Assembly: GCA_038912545.1 (NCBI GenBank) | Contig: JBCLFD010000003.1 | Span: 1-41,103 of the forward strand | Source: Minisyncoccia bacterium | GTDB taxonomy: Bacteria; Patescibacteriota; Minisyncoccia; Phycocordibacterales; Phycocordibacteraceae | Length of the DNA: 41,103 bases | Direction: 5' to 3' | Part shown: piece after piece, positions 32,318-41,103 of the stretch | How the letters are laid out: each line of letters starts with the position of its first letter | How positions within the stretch are numbered: the stretch's first letter is position 1 | The notes under the pieces: generated by a model | Database searches by the model: none | What the model saw: only the letters and a program-made list of their open reading frames with translations | Told to the model about the DNA's origin: nothing | Program-made: the position numbers and the translations under genes

Positions 32318-33074
32318 TGCGATTCTCTCGCGCGAGAATCTCTCGTGGGGGAGTGGTGCGCTCGCCTTTGCGCTCATCATGCTCGTTCTGCGTCTCGTGG
32401 CGCCGGATGCATTTGTTGCGAGCGTGACACCGGCAATTCGCCTTTCACAGGCGATGACCGCCGGCAGCCGAACTTTTTTTTCAAGTTTTGCGGATGCGGC
32501 GACGCTTTCGGCGAAAAATGAAGATCTCATGATCCAGAACGTTGCATTTGCAAACGAAAATCAAATGCTCATGCAGAAAGTCGCGGATCTCACTGCTCTC
32601 TTCGGAGAAGTTGGAGCATCCACAGAAAGTATCGTGGCGGGCGTCATTCTGCGCCCGCCCGAGAGTCCGTACGATACGTTTCTTGTGAACGTCGGGAGCA
32701 ACAGCGGCGTTACGCTCGAAATGGGAGCATTCGGTCCGGGAGGCGTCCCCCTCGGCAGTGTTACCGAGGTTGCAGAGAAGTCGGCGCGCATCACGCTCTT
32801 TTCTGCACCAGGCATGCATACCGGTGGATGGGTCGGTACTGCAAAAGTCCCACTCGCGCTCACCGGACGCGGGGGTGGCGTTCTTGATGCCGTTGTTTCT
32901 CGTTCCGCGCCGATAGTTGTCGGTGACATTGTGTATATGCCCGGACCGGGCGCTTTGCCGGTCGGGAGCGTGATACGCATTGATAGCGATCCGACATCTC
33001 CCTCAGTGACTCTGCGTATCCAGAATGCACTCAATTTGTTTTCAGTTATGTGGGTAGAACTGCGCGCACTATGA
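32289..33074 (+). CDS. mreC: Rod shape-determining protein MreC
   Basis: Position after mreB. It has an N-terminal TM segment, a coiled-coil segment (NEDLMIQNVAFANENQMLMQKVADL) and a beta-rich C-terminal domain. Confidence 0.6.
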   Translation: MKRTYLAKRNAILSRENLSWGSGALAFALIMLVLRLVAPDAFVASVTPAIRLSQAMTAGSRTFFSSFADAATLSAKNEDLMIQNVAFANENQMLMQKVADLTALFGEVGASTESIVAGVILRPPESPYDTFLVNVGSNSGVTLEMGAFGPGGVPLGSVTEVAEKSARITLFSAPGMHTGGWVGTAKVPLALTGRGGGVLDAVVSRSAPIVVGDIVYMPGPGALPVGSVIRIDSDPTSPSVTLRIQNALNLFSVMWVELRAL

Positions 33075-33325
33075 TTCAAGCAATGGTAACGATTGCGACG
33101 TTTATATCGGTAGTGCTTTTCCCGTGGCCGGTCGCCGTAACGCTCGCACTCGGCGGGGCGCTTCTCGTTCCCTTGTTGCCGCTGGCAGCCGGCATGTTCG
33201 TGGACACGCTCTACTATGTACCGCACGCTGGCGCTCTACCGATTTTCTCGCTTTTCGGAGCACTCGTGACCATTCTCGCATTCTTCGTGCGAAGTCGGCT
33301 AGCCACAGGTATTATGAGCCGATGA
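33050..33325 (+). CDS. mreD: Small hydrophobic protein in the MreD position
   Basis: 91 aa, almost entirely TM helices. It lies between mreC and pbp2, and its stop overlaps the pbp2 ATG (ATGA). Confidence 0.45.
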   Translation: MGRTARTMIQAMVTIATFISVVLFPWPVAVTLALGGALLVPLLPLAAGMFVDTLYYVPHAGALPIFSLFGALVTILAFFVRSRLATGIMSR

Positions 33326-35019
33326 AGTGGCGATTGAAACGACGACAGGATCCCGAAATCGCTCCCGATGAAATATTTCTAGATGCATCAAATACGCCCG
33401 ACTTTGATCGCAATCGGTTTGAAGGCAGAATAGAACAGCCACTCTCTCGCCAGACCTTCGTCGGACTCGCTTCGGTTCTAGGCCTTTTGTTTTTAGTTCT
33501 CATCGTACGCGTGGGATATTTAGAAATTATCCACGGAGCGGCATTTGCCGCAGAGAGCGCGAACAACAGTCTTGAAGCGAGCATCGTATTCGCTCCGCGC
33601 GGCATTATTACCGATGTACACGGCACGGTACTTGCCGAGAACATCGCGCGCGATGACGGTTCTATGGGTAGGAGGTATTCTTTGCCGGAGTTCGGCCAAA
33701 TCATTGGCTATGTATCGTATCCGAAGAAAGATACAAGCGGTGTGTACTACGACACGAGCATGCGTGGCATCGCCGGTTTGGAAGCAGAGTATGACCGTAC
33801 ACTCGCGGGGAAGAACGGACAGCTTCTTGTTGAGACCGACGCACTCGGACACGTGCGGTCACATGGCGTCATCGTGCCGGCAGAGCCGGGGGAAACACTC
33901 GTGCTCTCCATTGATGCCGATTTGGAAAAGAAATTCGCGCGTGCGATTTCTGATGTTGTGAGTGAACGGAATTTTATAGCGGGCGCTGGCGTCATTATGG
34001 ATGTGAACAATGGTGCACTACACGCCATTGTTTCATACCCCTCCTATGACCCGAACGTAATGAGTAATGGGTCGCCATCCGACATCATTGCGAAATACAC
34101 CACCGACCGCGGACAGCCATTTTTGGATCATGCGGTTCAAGGCGCGTACACACCAGGCTCAATTGTGAAGCCTTTTGTCGCCTCGGGAGCATTGACCGAC
34201 GGACTCATCACGCCGGCAACTACGATTGACGATCCGGGATTCATTTCATTGCCCGACCCGTATAATCCGGGGAAAAATTTCATCTATAGGAGCTGGAAAG
34301 AGCTTGGGTTAATGGACGTACGCAAGGCAATCGCATGGTCCTCAAGCGTCTTTTTCTACGCTGTCGGCGGAGGTTTTGGTAATCAAAAGGGCATGGGCAT
34401 TGACCGGCTCAATTATTGGTATCAGCAATTCGGGCTCGGCAGTATAACCGGCATTGACCTGCCAGGAGAAGTGAGCGGACGTATCACAACTCCCGCGTGG
34501 AAGCGCAGTGTTTTTAACGAGCCATGGTATTTGGGCGATACCTACTTCACCGCGATTGGACAATACGCCATGCAGGTGACGCCGATACAAATGGTGCGCG
34601 CAACATCTGCAGTTGCTAACGGCGGGAAATTATTTATTCCGACAATGCTCGCGAATGCTACCCCTTCTTACCGTATCGTTCCCGTTGATGCCGGTGCACT
34701 TAACATTGTCCGCGAGGGTATGCGCTTCACGGTGACTGATGCGCTCGCTCAAGCAATCAATATGCCGTATGTGGAAGTTGCGGCGAAGACGGGCACCGCA
34801 GAGACCGGCGTACGCAATCAGTACATCAATTCGTGGGTGGAAGGATTTTTCCCCTACGATAATCCGCAATATGCTTTCGTTGTCATACTTGAACGCGGTC
34901 CCGCCGGTAGTGGTTCGCAAGCGGTGCATGTGATGGCGCGCCTTTTTGAATCTCTCTATGTTTCCAATTCTCCATATGTAGGCGGTACGGGCGTTACTGT
35001 GAGCACCACCACTCCGTAG
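33322..35019 (+). CDS. mrdA: Penicillin-binding protein 2 (elongation transpeptidase)
   Basis: MKWRLKRRQ.. followed by a TM segment. Contains SxxK (GSIVKP) and KTGTAE. The start is taken at 33322 rather than the ORF-track 33124. Confidence 0.85.
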   Translation: MKWRLKRRQDPEIAPDEIFLDASNTPDFDRNRFEGRIEQPLSRQTFVGLASVLGLLFLVLIVRVGYLEIIHGAAFAAESANNSLEASIVFAPRGIITDVHGTVLAENIARDDGSMGRRYSLPEFGQIIGYVSYPKKDTSGVYYDTSMRGIAGLEAEYDRTLAGKNGQLLVETDALGHVRSHGVIVPAEPGETLVLSIDADLEKKFARAISDVVSERNFIAGAGVIMDVNNGALHAIVSYPSYDPNVMSNGSPSDIIAKYTTDRGQPFLDHAVQGAYTPGSIVKPFVASGALTDGLITPATTIDDPGFISLPDPYNPGKNFIYRSWKELGLMDVRKAIAWSSSVFFYAVGGGFGNQKGMGIDRLNYWYQQFGLGSITGIDLPGEVSGRITTPAWKRSVFNEPWYLGDTYFTAIGQYAMQVTPIQMVRATSAVANGGKLFIPTMLANATPSYRIVPVDAGALNIVREGMRFTVTDALAQAINMPYVEVAAKTGTAETGVRNQYINSWVEGFFPYDNPQYAFVVILERGPAGSGSQAVHVMARLFESLYVSNSPYVGGTGVTVSTTTP

Positions 35020-35028
35020 TGTTATTCT

Positions 35029-36780
35029 GTGCATATGGATTCAATTGAAGGTGGAATACAGAAACACCCCGCTCCAGTGTCAGAAATAGAGACAGCGGGG
35101 AATGCTCCGCAATTTCTAAAAGAGTTCTCTCGTGAAAATTCTCAAGAGGAACGCGATGCTCTTGCAACAGTTATCCGAGAGCGTCACCGGGAACGCGATG
35201 CTTGGCGAGAAGAACAGGGGACTCGTCTCGAGGGGAAGGAAACTATAGAAAGCGAGCTTAAAGATCTTCGTGGTCAAATTGAGACCTACAATGGTGAGTC
35301 ATACCTGATGAAGATCAAGGATTATTTCGCATATCGTAATGTACGAGCAAAGCTTGAAGAGAACAGCAATGCCCTTACAAGAGCAACGGCTGAAGTTGGA
35401 CAGGGTGAATCAGAAAAGCCTGAGTTCCGTGAAGTTAAGACCCTGCTGGATGATTTTTATGCCGGTGAAAAAGGAAAATGGGCAAAGGCAGGGTCTTCTC
35501 CAGAAGATCTACAACAGCAATTAACCGAAGAGCGTCTCTCCGAATTATCGGTGGATGACTATGCGGCTCTCATGCGACGATTCCCCGGTGAGATGGTGAC
35601 TCACGTAACTCGCCAAGGTATTCGAGACCATGCGTCGAGTTTTTGGCACACCGCTGGAGCCGGACGCAGTGCGAATGGTTTTAAGGACATAGTTGAAGAA
35701 GGGCGTTTGCGCTCTTCTCTCGGTATTGCTCTTCAAGAACACTCCAAAGAAGAAGCTATTGCAAAATTCCTACATCTCGATGATTTCAAAACACGAGAGG
35801 AAGCACTTATGATGTATAAAAATAAGTTTGATTCTAACCTCGCAACAAGCGACGCATTTGCCGACAATGCGGCCGTGCATGTTGCTTCGGAGAACGTCAT
35901 GGATGCGATGTATGGTTCCGAACGAGGCAACGAAATTTTTATTGCGTACCCTTCAGCGTATGTCGCGTCGCAATTCAACTACGGTGGTAAAGGAACATTG
36001 GCGGATGCCGGGTCAAGTCAACATAACGATAAATGGATTTACACCAAAGATAATGAGGGTATGTCGCTTGATGCAGGTCTGGTGTTCATTCCGGCGGATG
36101 CAAAAGTGGATCAAGAGACCGGTTCTCGTTACAAATTAGACAACGAGGGCTCGCCGATTGTCCCGAAACAAAGAATGAACGAAATATTGAGTGCGCGTTT
36201 TGATAAGCCCGGTTTCATTCAGACATTCGTTCAGCAATTGCCTCGCGGATTGGAAAATGCATCGGAGCAGGAACGACTAAGCTTAAAGGATGAGGCATTC
36301 ACTCAATTCGGAATCACTAATCCAGATGCGCGCGAAGCTCTCCTTGATCCGAATTTTATCGACTCTCTTTCAAAAGTGTGGGGACAGGATAACGAACAAG
36401 CGACATACGATAAGATTCTGATTGACTATTTTCATGAGCATACTGACAATCCATACGAAGTAGCCGAAGCCTCAATAAGCTCGCAGGAATATTGGGAGCG
36501 ATATTTTACAGAACACCCCGATCAAAAACCATCAAAAATAGTGTTCTACACTGGCGGCGATCCGTCTCGAGCATTGAATGAATGGCGAGAAAAGAATGGG
36601 ATTGTGAAGCGAACGGATGATCCGACATACGGATTCTCTGAACACGAAGTGACAGGGAATGCCGTAGAAGCCAACGAGGGGAAGGATCGTTTCGCCGAAC
36701 TTGCTCGTAAAGTCATTGATGATCGGTTTCCTGAACCTCCCGCGGTAAAGGATTTTGTGTCTGTCGCCCAGACAGCATAA
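35029..36780 (+). CDS. Hypothetical 583-aa soluble protein
   Basis: Long clean ORF with core-like composition and an acidic, helical N-terminus. No catalytic motif recognised. Confidence 0.5.
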   Translation: MHMDSIEGGIQKHPAPVSEIETAGNAPQFLKEFSRENSQEERDALATVIRERHRERDAWREEQGTRLEGKETIESELKDLRGQIETYNGESYLMKIKDYFAYRNVRAKLEENSNALTRATAEVGQGESEKPEFREVKTLLDDFYAGEKGKWAKAGSSPEDLQQQLTEERLSELSVDDYAALMRRFPGEMVTHVTRQGIRDHASSFWHTAGAGRSANGFKDIVEEGRLRSSLGIALQEHSKEEAIAKFLHLDDFKTREEALMMYKNKFDSNLATSDAFADNAAVHVASENVMDAMYGSERGNEIFIAYPSAYVASQFNYGGKGTLADAGSSQHNDKWIYTKDNEGMSLDAGLVFIPADAKVDQETGSRYKLDNEGSPIVPKQRMNEILSARFDKPGFIQTFVQQLPRGLENASEQERLSLKDEAFTQFGITNPDAREALLDPNFIDSLSKVWGQDNEQATYDKILIDYFHEHTDNPYEVAEASISSQEYWERYFTEHPDQKPSKIVFYTGGDPSRALNEWREKNGIVKRTDDPTYGFSEHEVTGNAVEANEGKDRFAELARKVIDDRFPEPPAVKDFVSVAQTA

Positions 36781-36816
36781 ACCGACTGGCTTGCGCATCG
36801 CGGGGCTTCAAGTACA

Positions 36817-37314
36817 ATGCACACACCTAACTCATTTTATATGCCCGACACTTTAGATATGGTTCTGTCGCAAGAGAAGTTTGACGAAATGGTGAAGGAG
36901 TTGGAGCAATTAAAAACCGTTCGCCGCACGGAGATAGCAAAAAGTCTAGAATACGCTCGCTCGCTCGGTGACCTCTCTGAGAATGCCGAGTATCAAGAGG
37001 CGCGCGACCTGCAGGCCGCGACCGAGGAGCGCATCAAGAAACTAGAAGAGTTAGTCAAGCACGCGAAGATTGTCACGGATGGTAAGAAGAAGGACGAGGT
37101 GAGTTTCAGCTCTAAAGTCACGATTAAGAAAGAAGACAGCGACGAGACGCACGAATACACTATCGTCGGGAGCGAAGAGGCAGACATGAGGGTAAAAAAA
37201 CTCTCGCATGTGTCACCACTCGGCGCCGCCCTGATGGGGAAAAAGAAGGGCGACATCTTCACTTTTGAAACCCCTGCCGGCAAGCAGACCTACACTATTG
37301 AGAAAGTGGCGTGA
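36817..37314 (+). CDS. greA: Transcription elongation factor GreA
   Basis: Coiled-coil N-terminus with ARSLGDLSENAEYQEARDLQA, and a C-terminal globular domain (ISHVSPLGAALMGKKKGD). The true start is possibly the internal MVLSQEKF. Confidence 0.88.
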   Translation: MHTPNSFYMPDTLDMVLSQEKFDEMVKELEQLKTVRRTEIAKSLEYARSLGDLSENAEYQEARDLQAATEERIKKLEELVKHAKIVTDGKKKDEVSFSSKVTIKKEDSDETHEYTIVGSEEADMRVKKLSHVSPLGAALMGKKKGDIFTFETPAGKQTYTIEKVA

Positions 37315-37326
37315 TACCATACGTGC

Positions 37327-38781
37327 ATGGCACTTGAGGATATTCGTGCTGAACGACTTGCAAAGATTGCTCGTCTTAAAGAAGCAGGCATTGACCCGTA
37401 TCCTGCGCGCACGAGTCGCTCACATACTATTGAGCAATTTCTCGCAGTACACGTAACACTTGAAAAAGACGAAAGCGTCGTGACAATTGCGGGAAGAGTT
37501 CTCTCCATTCGCGAACACGGGGGTTCTATATTTGCCGATCTTTTTGATGGCACAAGCAAAACGCAAGCATATTTGCAAAAAGATGTGATGGGCGAAAAAG
37601 AATTTGATGTATTTCGCGATGCAGTTGATCAGAGCGATATACTAGAAGTGTCCGGTGTTGCATACACCACGAAGCGCGGTATGGCATCGCTCCAGGTGCG
37701 CAGTTGGAAGATGCTCGCCAAGTCACTGCGCCCCGTACCAGACGAATGGTTCGGGATTAAAGACGAGGATGAACGGTATCGCAAGCGCTATTTGGACATT
37801 CTGCTCTCTAAAGATATTGCCGACAGGATTCGCCGACGTTCAAAATTCTGGAATGTTATCCGGTCATATCTGCTCGCACGTGACTTTGTTGAAGTAGAGA
37901 CACCCGTATTGGAAACGACTACGGGTGGTGCGGAAGCACGACCCTTCACAACGCACCACAACGCTTTAGACATAGACGTGTATCTGCGCATTTCGGTGGG
38001 CGAATTGTGGCAGAAGCGACTTATAGTCGCTGGTCTCCCGAAGGTGTTCGAGATAGGTCGCGTTTTCCGCAATGAAGGAATGTCGGCGGAACACGCCCAG
38101 GATTATACCGCGTTTGAATTTTATGAAGCGTTCAAGGACTACCAAGTCGGTATGGAAATGGTAACTGATTTGTACCGTACGATTGCCGACGAAGTGTACG
38201 GCACGCGCACGTTCTCTATAAAAGGTTTTGATATTGATTTAGGAAAAGAGTGGGAGACATATGACTTCTCTGATTTAATGCGTAAAGAATACGAACTTGA
38301 TCCGCGAGAGTCGGGACACGATTGGGAATCAGTGTTGAAAGAAAAAAATATTTCATTTGAAGAGGGTATCGGTATCGAACGATTGGTAGATATCGCATGG
38401 AAGCACATTCGTAAAACGCTCGGAGGTCCCGGATTTCTCATTAACGTTCCGGTCTATATGGAACCGCTCGCGAAGAAGAACGCTGAAGACCCGCGTGTAG
38501 TGGAACGGTTTCAGATTATGCTCGCGGGCTCAGAAATGGGCAAAGGTTTTAGTGAATTGAATGATCCAGTAGACCAAGCCGAGCGATTCGCGAGGCAACA
38601 GCAGTTGCGTGATGAAGGAGACGAAGAGGCGCAGATGCCGGACGCCGAATTCGTTGAGGCACTTGAATACGGTATGCCGCCCGCTTTCGGCTTTGGCGTC
38701 TCCGAACGCCTTTTCAGCTTTCTTGAAGGCGTTTCCGTTCGTGAGGCCCAGATTTTTCCCCTGATGCGTCCCCGGGGATAA
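37327..38781 (+). CDS. lysS: Lysyl-tRNA synthetase, class II
   Basis: OB-fold N-terminus (VTIAGRVLSIREHGGSIFADLFDG..QAYL). Class II motifs FVEVETPVL, FEIGRVFRNEG and GFGVSERL. Confidence 0.92.
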   Translation: MALEDIRAERLAKIARLKEAGIDPYPARTSRSHTIEQFLAVHVTLEKDESVVTIAGRVLSIREHGGSIFADLFDGTSKTQAYLQKDVMGEKEFDVFRDAVDQSDILEVSGVAYTTKRGMASLQVRSWKMLAKSLRPVPDEWFGIKDEDERYRKRYLDILLSKDIADRIRRRSKFWNVIRSYLLARDFVEVETPVLETTTGGAEARPFTTHHNALDIDVYLRISVGELWQKRLIVAGLPKVFEIGRVFRNEGMSAEHAQDYTAFEFYEAFKDYQVGMEMVTDLYRTIADEVYGTRTFSIKGFDIDLGKEWETYDFSDLMRKEYELDPRESGHDWESVLKEKNISFEEGIGIERLVDIAWKHIRKTLGGPGFLINVPVYMEPLAKKNAEDPRVVERFQIMLAGSEMGKGFSELNDPVDQAERFARQQQLRDEGDEEAQMPDAEFVEALEYGMPPAFGFGVSERLFSFLEGVSVREAQIFPLMRPRG

Positions 38782-38952
38782 TAGTTAACATAAAGGACAT
38801 TCCGGCCCGAGAACGGGTCAGTTTTCATTATCTCCAGAAACAGGGGATAACTCTATATTGGATGGTGGGGGAAAGTGGCATATAATGCAGGGACGGTTAG
38901 CGGAGTGGGAAGCGGGGTCATGGCCGTTCTCCCACGAAACAACCGAAATCAT

Positions 38953-39369
38953 ATGTTCCTCGGAGAATACCTGCACTTATTTGATGCGAAAAACAGAATC
39001 TCGCTTCCGTCCAAGTTTCGGAAGGATCTCGGCCGCGCGGTAGTGATTACGCGTGGTCTTGACCATTGCATCTTCGTCTATGCGCGTAAGCAATGGGAGA
39101 AGGAGGCGGCGCGCTATGCGACGAAGGCGAGCGGCAGTTCTGCTGACCGTGGTCTCGCCCGCCTCTTTCTCGCAGGCTCGTTTGAGGCCGAGGTGGACGG
39201 CACGGGTCGTGTGCTCGTGCCAGAAAATTTAAAGTCATTTGCCGGCATTAAAGAAAAAGCCGTCATCGCAGGCGTGGCTGACAGAGTTGAAATCTGGGAA
39301 GAAGGTGCGTGGAAGAAATATACGAAAGCGATTGAACGCAATGCAGAAGCGTTCGCTGAAAAAGTATGA
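38953..39369 (+). CDS. mraZ: Transcriptional regulator MraZ
   Basis: MFLGEYLHLFDAKNRISLPSKFRKDL, plus a second SpoVT/AbrB-like repeat (VDGTGRVLVPENLK). The upstream extension of the ORF track is rejected. Confidence 0.88.
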   Translation: MFLGEYLHLFDAKNRISLPSKFRKDLGRAVVITRGLDHCIFVYARKQWEKEAARYATKASGSSADRGLARLFLAGSFEAEVDGTGRVLVPENLKSFAGIKEKAVIAGVADRVEIWEEGAWKKYTKAIERNAEAFAEKV

Positions 39370-40346
39370 GTGAAGCCCGACACGACAGTGTTCTTCTCTC
39401 TGAAGTGATGCAGGCGCTTGAGGTGCAAGAGAACGATGTGATAGTGGATGCAACCATCGGCGGAGCGGGACATTTCAGAGCACTTCTAGCTTCGCTTGGC
39501 GCCGATGGCGTGATTATAGGGATAGATGCCGACTCCTCTGCAGTGGAACGCGCACGGGCAGTATACGCAGAAGATCGTCGTGCCAATCGACCCGTCGCGC
39601 ATCTCGTCACCGACAATTTTCGTAACCTCGCCCACATTCTTGAACGGCTTGGTGTGGGCGCGGTCAACAAAATGATTTTTGATCTTGGGTGGAGCGGGTA
39701 CCAGCTCGCTTCTTCTCGAGGATTTTCATTTTTGAATGATGAACCGCTTTTGATGACCTATAGCGAGGGTGGTCCCTCGACTGGGCTCAGGACAGACGAG
39801 ACGGCAGCCGATATTGTGAATACCTATTCTGAAGAAGCGCTTGCCGATCTTATCTACACTTATGGCGAAGAGCGATTCTCTCGTAGCGTCGCGCGCGCGA
39901 TTGTGGACGCGCGCAGGAAGGATCGCATTCTCACCACGGGTGCACTCGTCAAGGCGGTGGAAGCGGGCACCCCGCGCTGGTATCGGGCGCGCAAAACTCA
40001 TCCCGCGACAAAAACATTCCAAGCGCTTCGCATTGCGGTCAACGACGAGTTTGAGGCGCTGAAAAAAGGTTTGGCAGATGCACTCTCCGCGCTCGCTCCA
40101 TCCGGTCGTCTCGCGATCATCACCTTTCATTCAAGCGAGGATCGCATCGTGAAAAGCGTGCTACGCGGTGCGGCAGAGGCAGGATACGGATCGCTCTCGC
40201 CGAAGAAGCCCATCACGCCGACTCGTGCCGAAATCATTGCGAATCGCCGTGCGCGAAGCGCGAAACTGCGTATCTTTGAACGCGCGCAGGCGGTTCACGA
40301 AATAGATGCGACACCTTCACTGACCACTCTTCTTTTGTATGCATAA
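39366..40346 (+). CDS. rsmH: 16S rRNA (cytosine1402-N4)-methyltransferase RsmH
   Basis: HDSVLLSEVMQAL..VDATIGGAGH and FHSSEDRIVK. Position after mraZ. Confidence 0.9.
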   Translation: MSEARHDSVLLSEVMQALEVQENDVIVDATIGGAGHFRALLASLGADGVIIGIDADSSAVERARAVYAEDRRANRPVAHLVTDNFRNLAHILERLGVGAVNKMIFDLGWSGYQLASSRGFSFLNDEPLLMTYSEGGPSTGLRTDETAADIVNTYSEEALADLIYTYGEERFSRSVARAIVDARRKDRILTTGALVKAVEAGTPRWYRARKTHPATKTFQALRIAVNDEFEALKKGLADALSALAPSGRLAIITFHSSEDRIVKSVLRGAAEAGYGSLSPKKPITPTRAEIIANRRARSAKLRIFERAQAVHEIDATPSLTTLLLYA

Positions 40347-40632
40347 TTTCACTTCACGAATACCGTTCTCACCGACCGCGCTCTCTGGCGGAGCGGTTGC
40401 GATACTCGCTCTCGTGTACGTTATGCTCATTGCGGTCGTGATGAGTTATGCAGCACTCACCATAGAATTTTCACAATCCATTCGCAATAATGAATCGACG
40501 GTCGCTATGCTTGAATCGACCTATCTCGCGCGCGTTGCCGAGATTACCGCGATTGATTATATCGCAGAGGGCTACGTCAAGCCGATTTCAAAAGTATATG
40601 TTCCAGCCGAGAGCGTAACTGCGTTTCGTTAA
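40339..40632 (+). CDS. ftsL: FtsL-like small bitopic cell-division protein
   Basis: 97 aa with a single TM (AVAILALVYVMLIAVVMSYAAL). It sits between rsmH and ftsI. Confidence 0.5.
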   Translation: MHNFTSRIPFSPTALSGGAVAILALVYVMLIAVVMSYAALTIEFSQSIRNNESTVAMLESTYLARVAEITAIDYIAEGYVKPISKVYVPAESVTAFR

Positions 40633-40636
40633 GAAT

Positions 40637-41103
40637 ATGCGCGCGCAGTTCAAAGTTCGTATTCGCATCGTTCTCGCGTGTATAGTTCTTGGGACTCTTC
40701 TTATCGTGGGGCGTCTCTATTTTTTGCAAATTGTGCACGGTGCGGACTATGCGCTCAAAGCCGATCGGCAATTCACCTCTGGCGCAAGCGGTCTTTTTGA
40801 TCGTGGATCCATCTATTTCACGCGCAAGGACGGCTCACTCATTTCTGCCGCAACGCTTGCGACCGGCTTTCTTGTTGCCATTAATCCACAGACGCTTACT
40901 GATGTTGATGTCGCGTACACGGCAATTGAAGAAGCATCTTCACGGACCGTGAGCCGTGAGGCGTTCTCCGCCGCTGTGGCGAAAAAGAATCAAGTGTATA
41001 TAGAAGTCGCACACCGCCTCTCGGACGAGCAGGGTAAAGCACTTTTCGCAAAAAAAATTCCGGGCGTGTACGTGCTTCGCGAACGCTGGCGTCAGTATCC
41101 GGG
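40637..41103 (+). CDS. ftsI: Penicillin-binding protein FtsI/PBP (5' part; continues past the window end)
   Basis: ATG at 40637 reads MRAQFKVRIRIVLACIVLGTLLIVGRLYFLQIVHGADYALKADRQ... This is the TM segment and N-terminal pattern of a PBP dimerisation domain. The frame stays open to the window end and is not in the ORF track. Confidence 0.7.
   Translation, partial: MRAQFKVRIRIVLACIVLGTLLIVGRLYFLQIVHGADYALKADRQFTSGASGLFDRGSIYFTRKDGSLISAATLATGFLVAINPQTLTDVDVAYTAIEEASSRTVSREAFSAAVAKKNQVYIEVAHRLSDEQGKALFAKKIPGVYVLRERWRQYP

Noticed and set aside
29803-39369. Upstream-extended starts given by the ORF track for proS (29803), pbp2 (33124), mraZ (38875) and fmt (23733)
   Set aside because: The extensions are Arg-rich or otherwise atypical sequence overlapping neighbouring genes. 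Internal Mets reproduce the canonical family N-termini: MRQTQLF.., MKWRLKRRQ.. with a TM segment, MFLGEY.., and ..LRFVFFGTP.

Overview
Bacterial window in two contrasting parts. Gene content suggests a small-genome, possibly Patescibacteria/CPR-like organism; this is inference only.

**Accessory part (1-20.3 kb).** It starts with a secreted S8 protease, a dockerin-repeat protein, a membrane-anchored cohesin-like protein, SppA and a Fic enzyme. A mosaic, largely AT-rich island follows at about 8.1-20.2 kb. The island holds:
- a 1228-aa protein with a RecQ-type helicase core and a nuclease-like N-terminus, translationally coupled to a 90-aa membrane protein;
- three stand-alone GIY-YIG nucleases;
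- a C-terminal remnant of a RAYT/IS200-like transposase;
- a tight operon of two m5C methyltransferases and an NgoFVII/PLD-type restriction enzyme;
- an HNH nuclease and an M50 membrane protease.

These blocks are bracketed by a 16-nt inverted-repeat family (GGGGACAGCCACCATT / AATGGTGGCTGTCCCC) that I do not see in the core part. The island abuts a tRNA-Asn(GUU) gene. That gene is split by a 233-nt group I intron and followed by an inverted partial copy of its own 3' end.

**Core part (20.8-41.1 kb).** PEBP (frame broken in a G7 run), truB, a grx-like gene, hpf, fmt-def, murA, mreB, holB-like, frr, rseP, proS, mreB2-mreC-mreD-pbp2, greA, lysS and mraZ-rsmH-ftsL-ftsI.

No rRNA, CRISPR array, integrase or intact transposase was seen. 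All calls come from reading motifs by eye; no searches were run.
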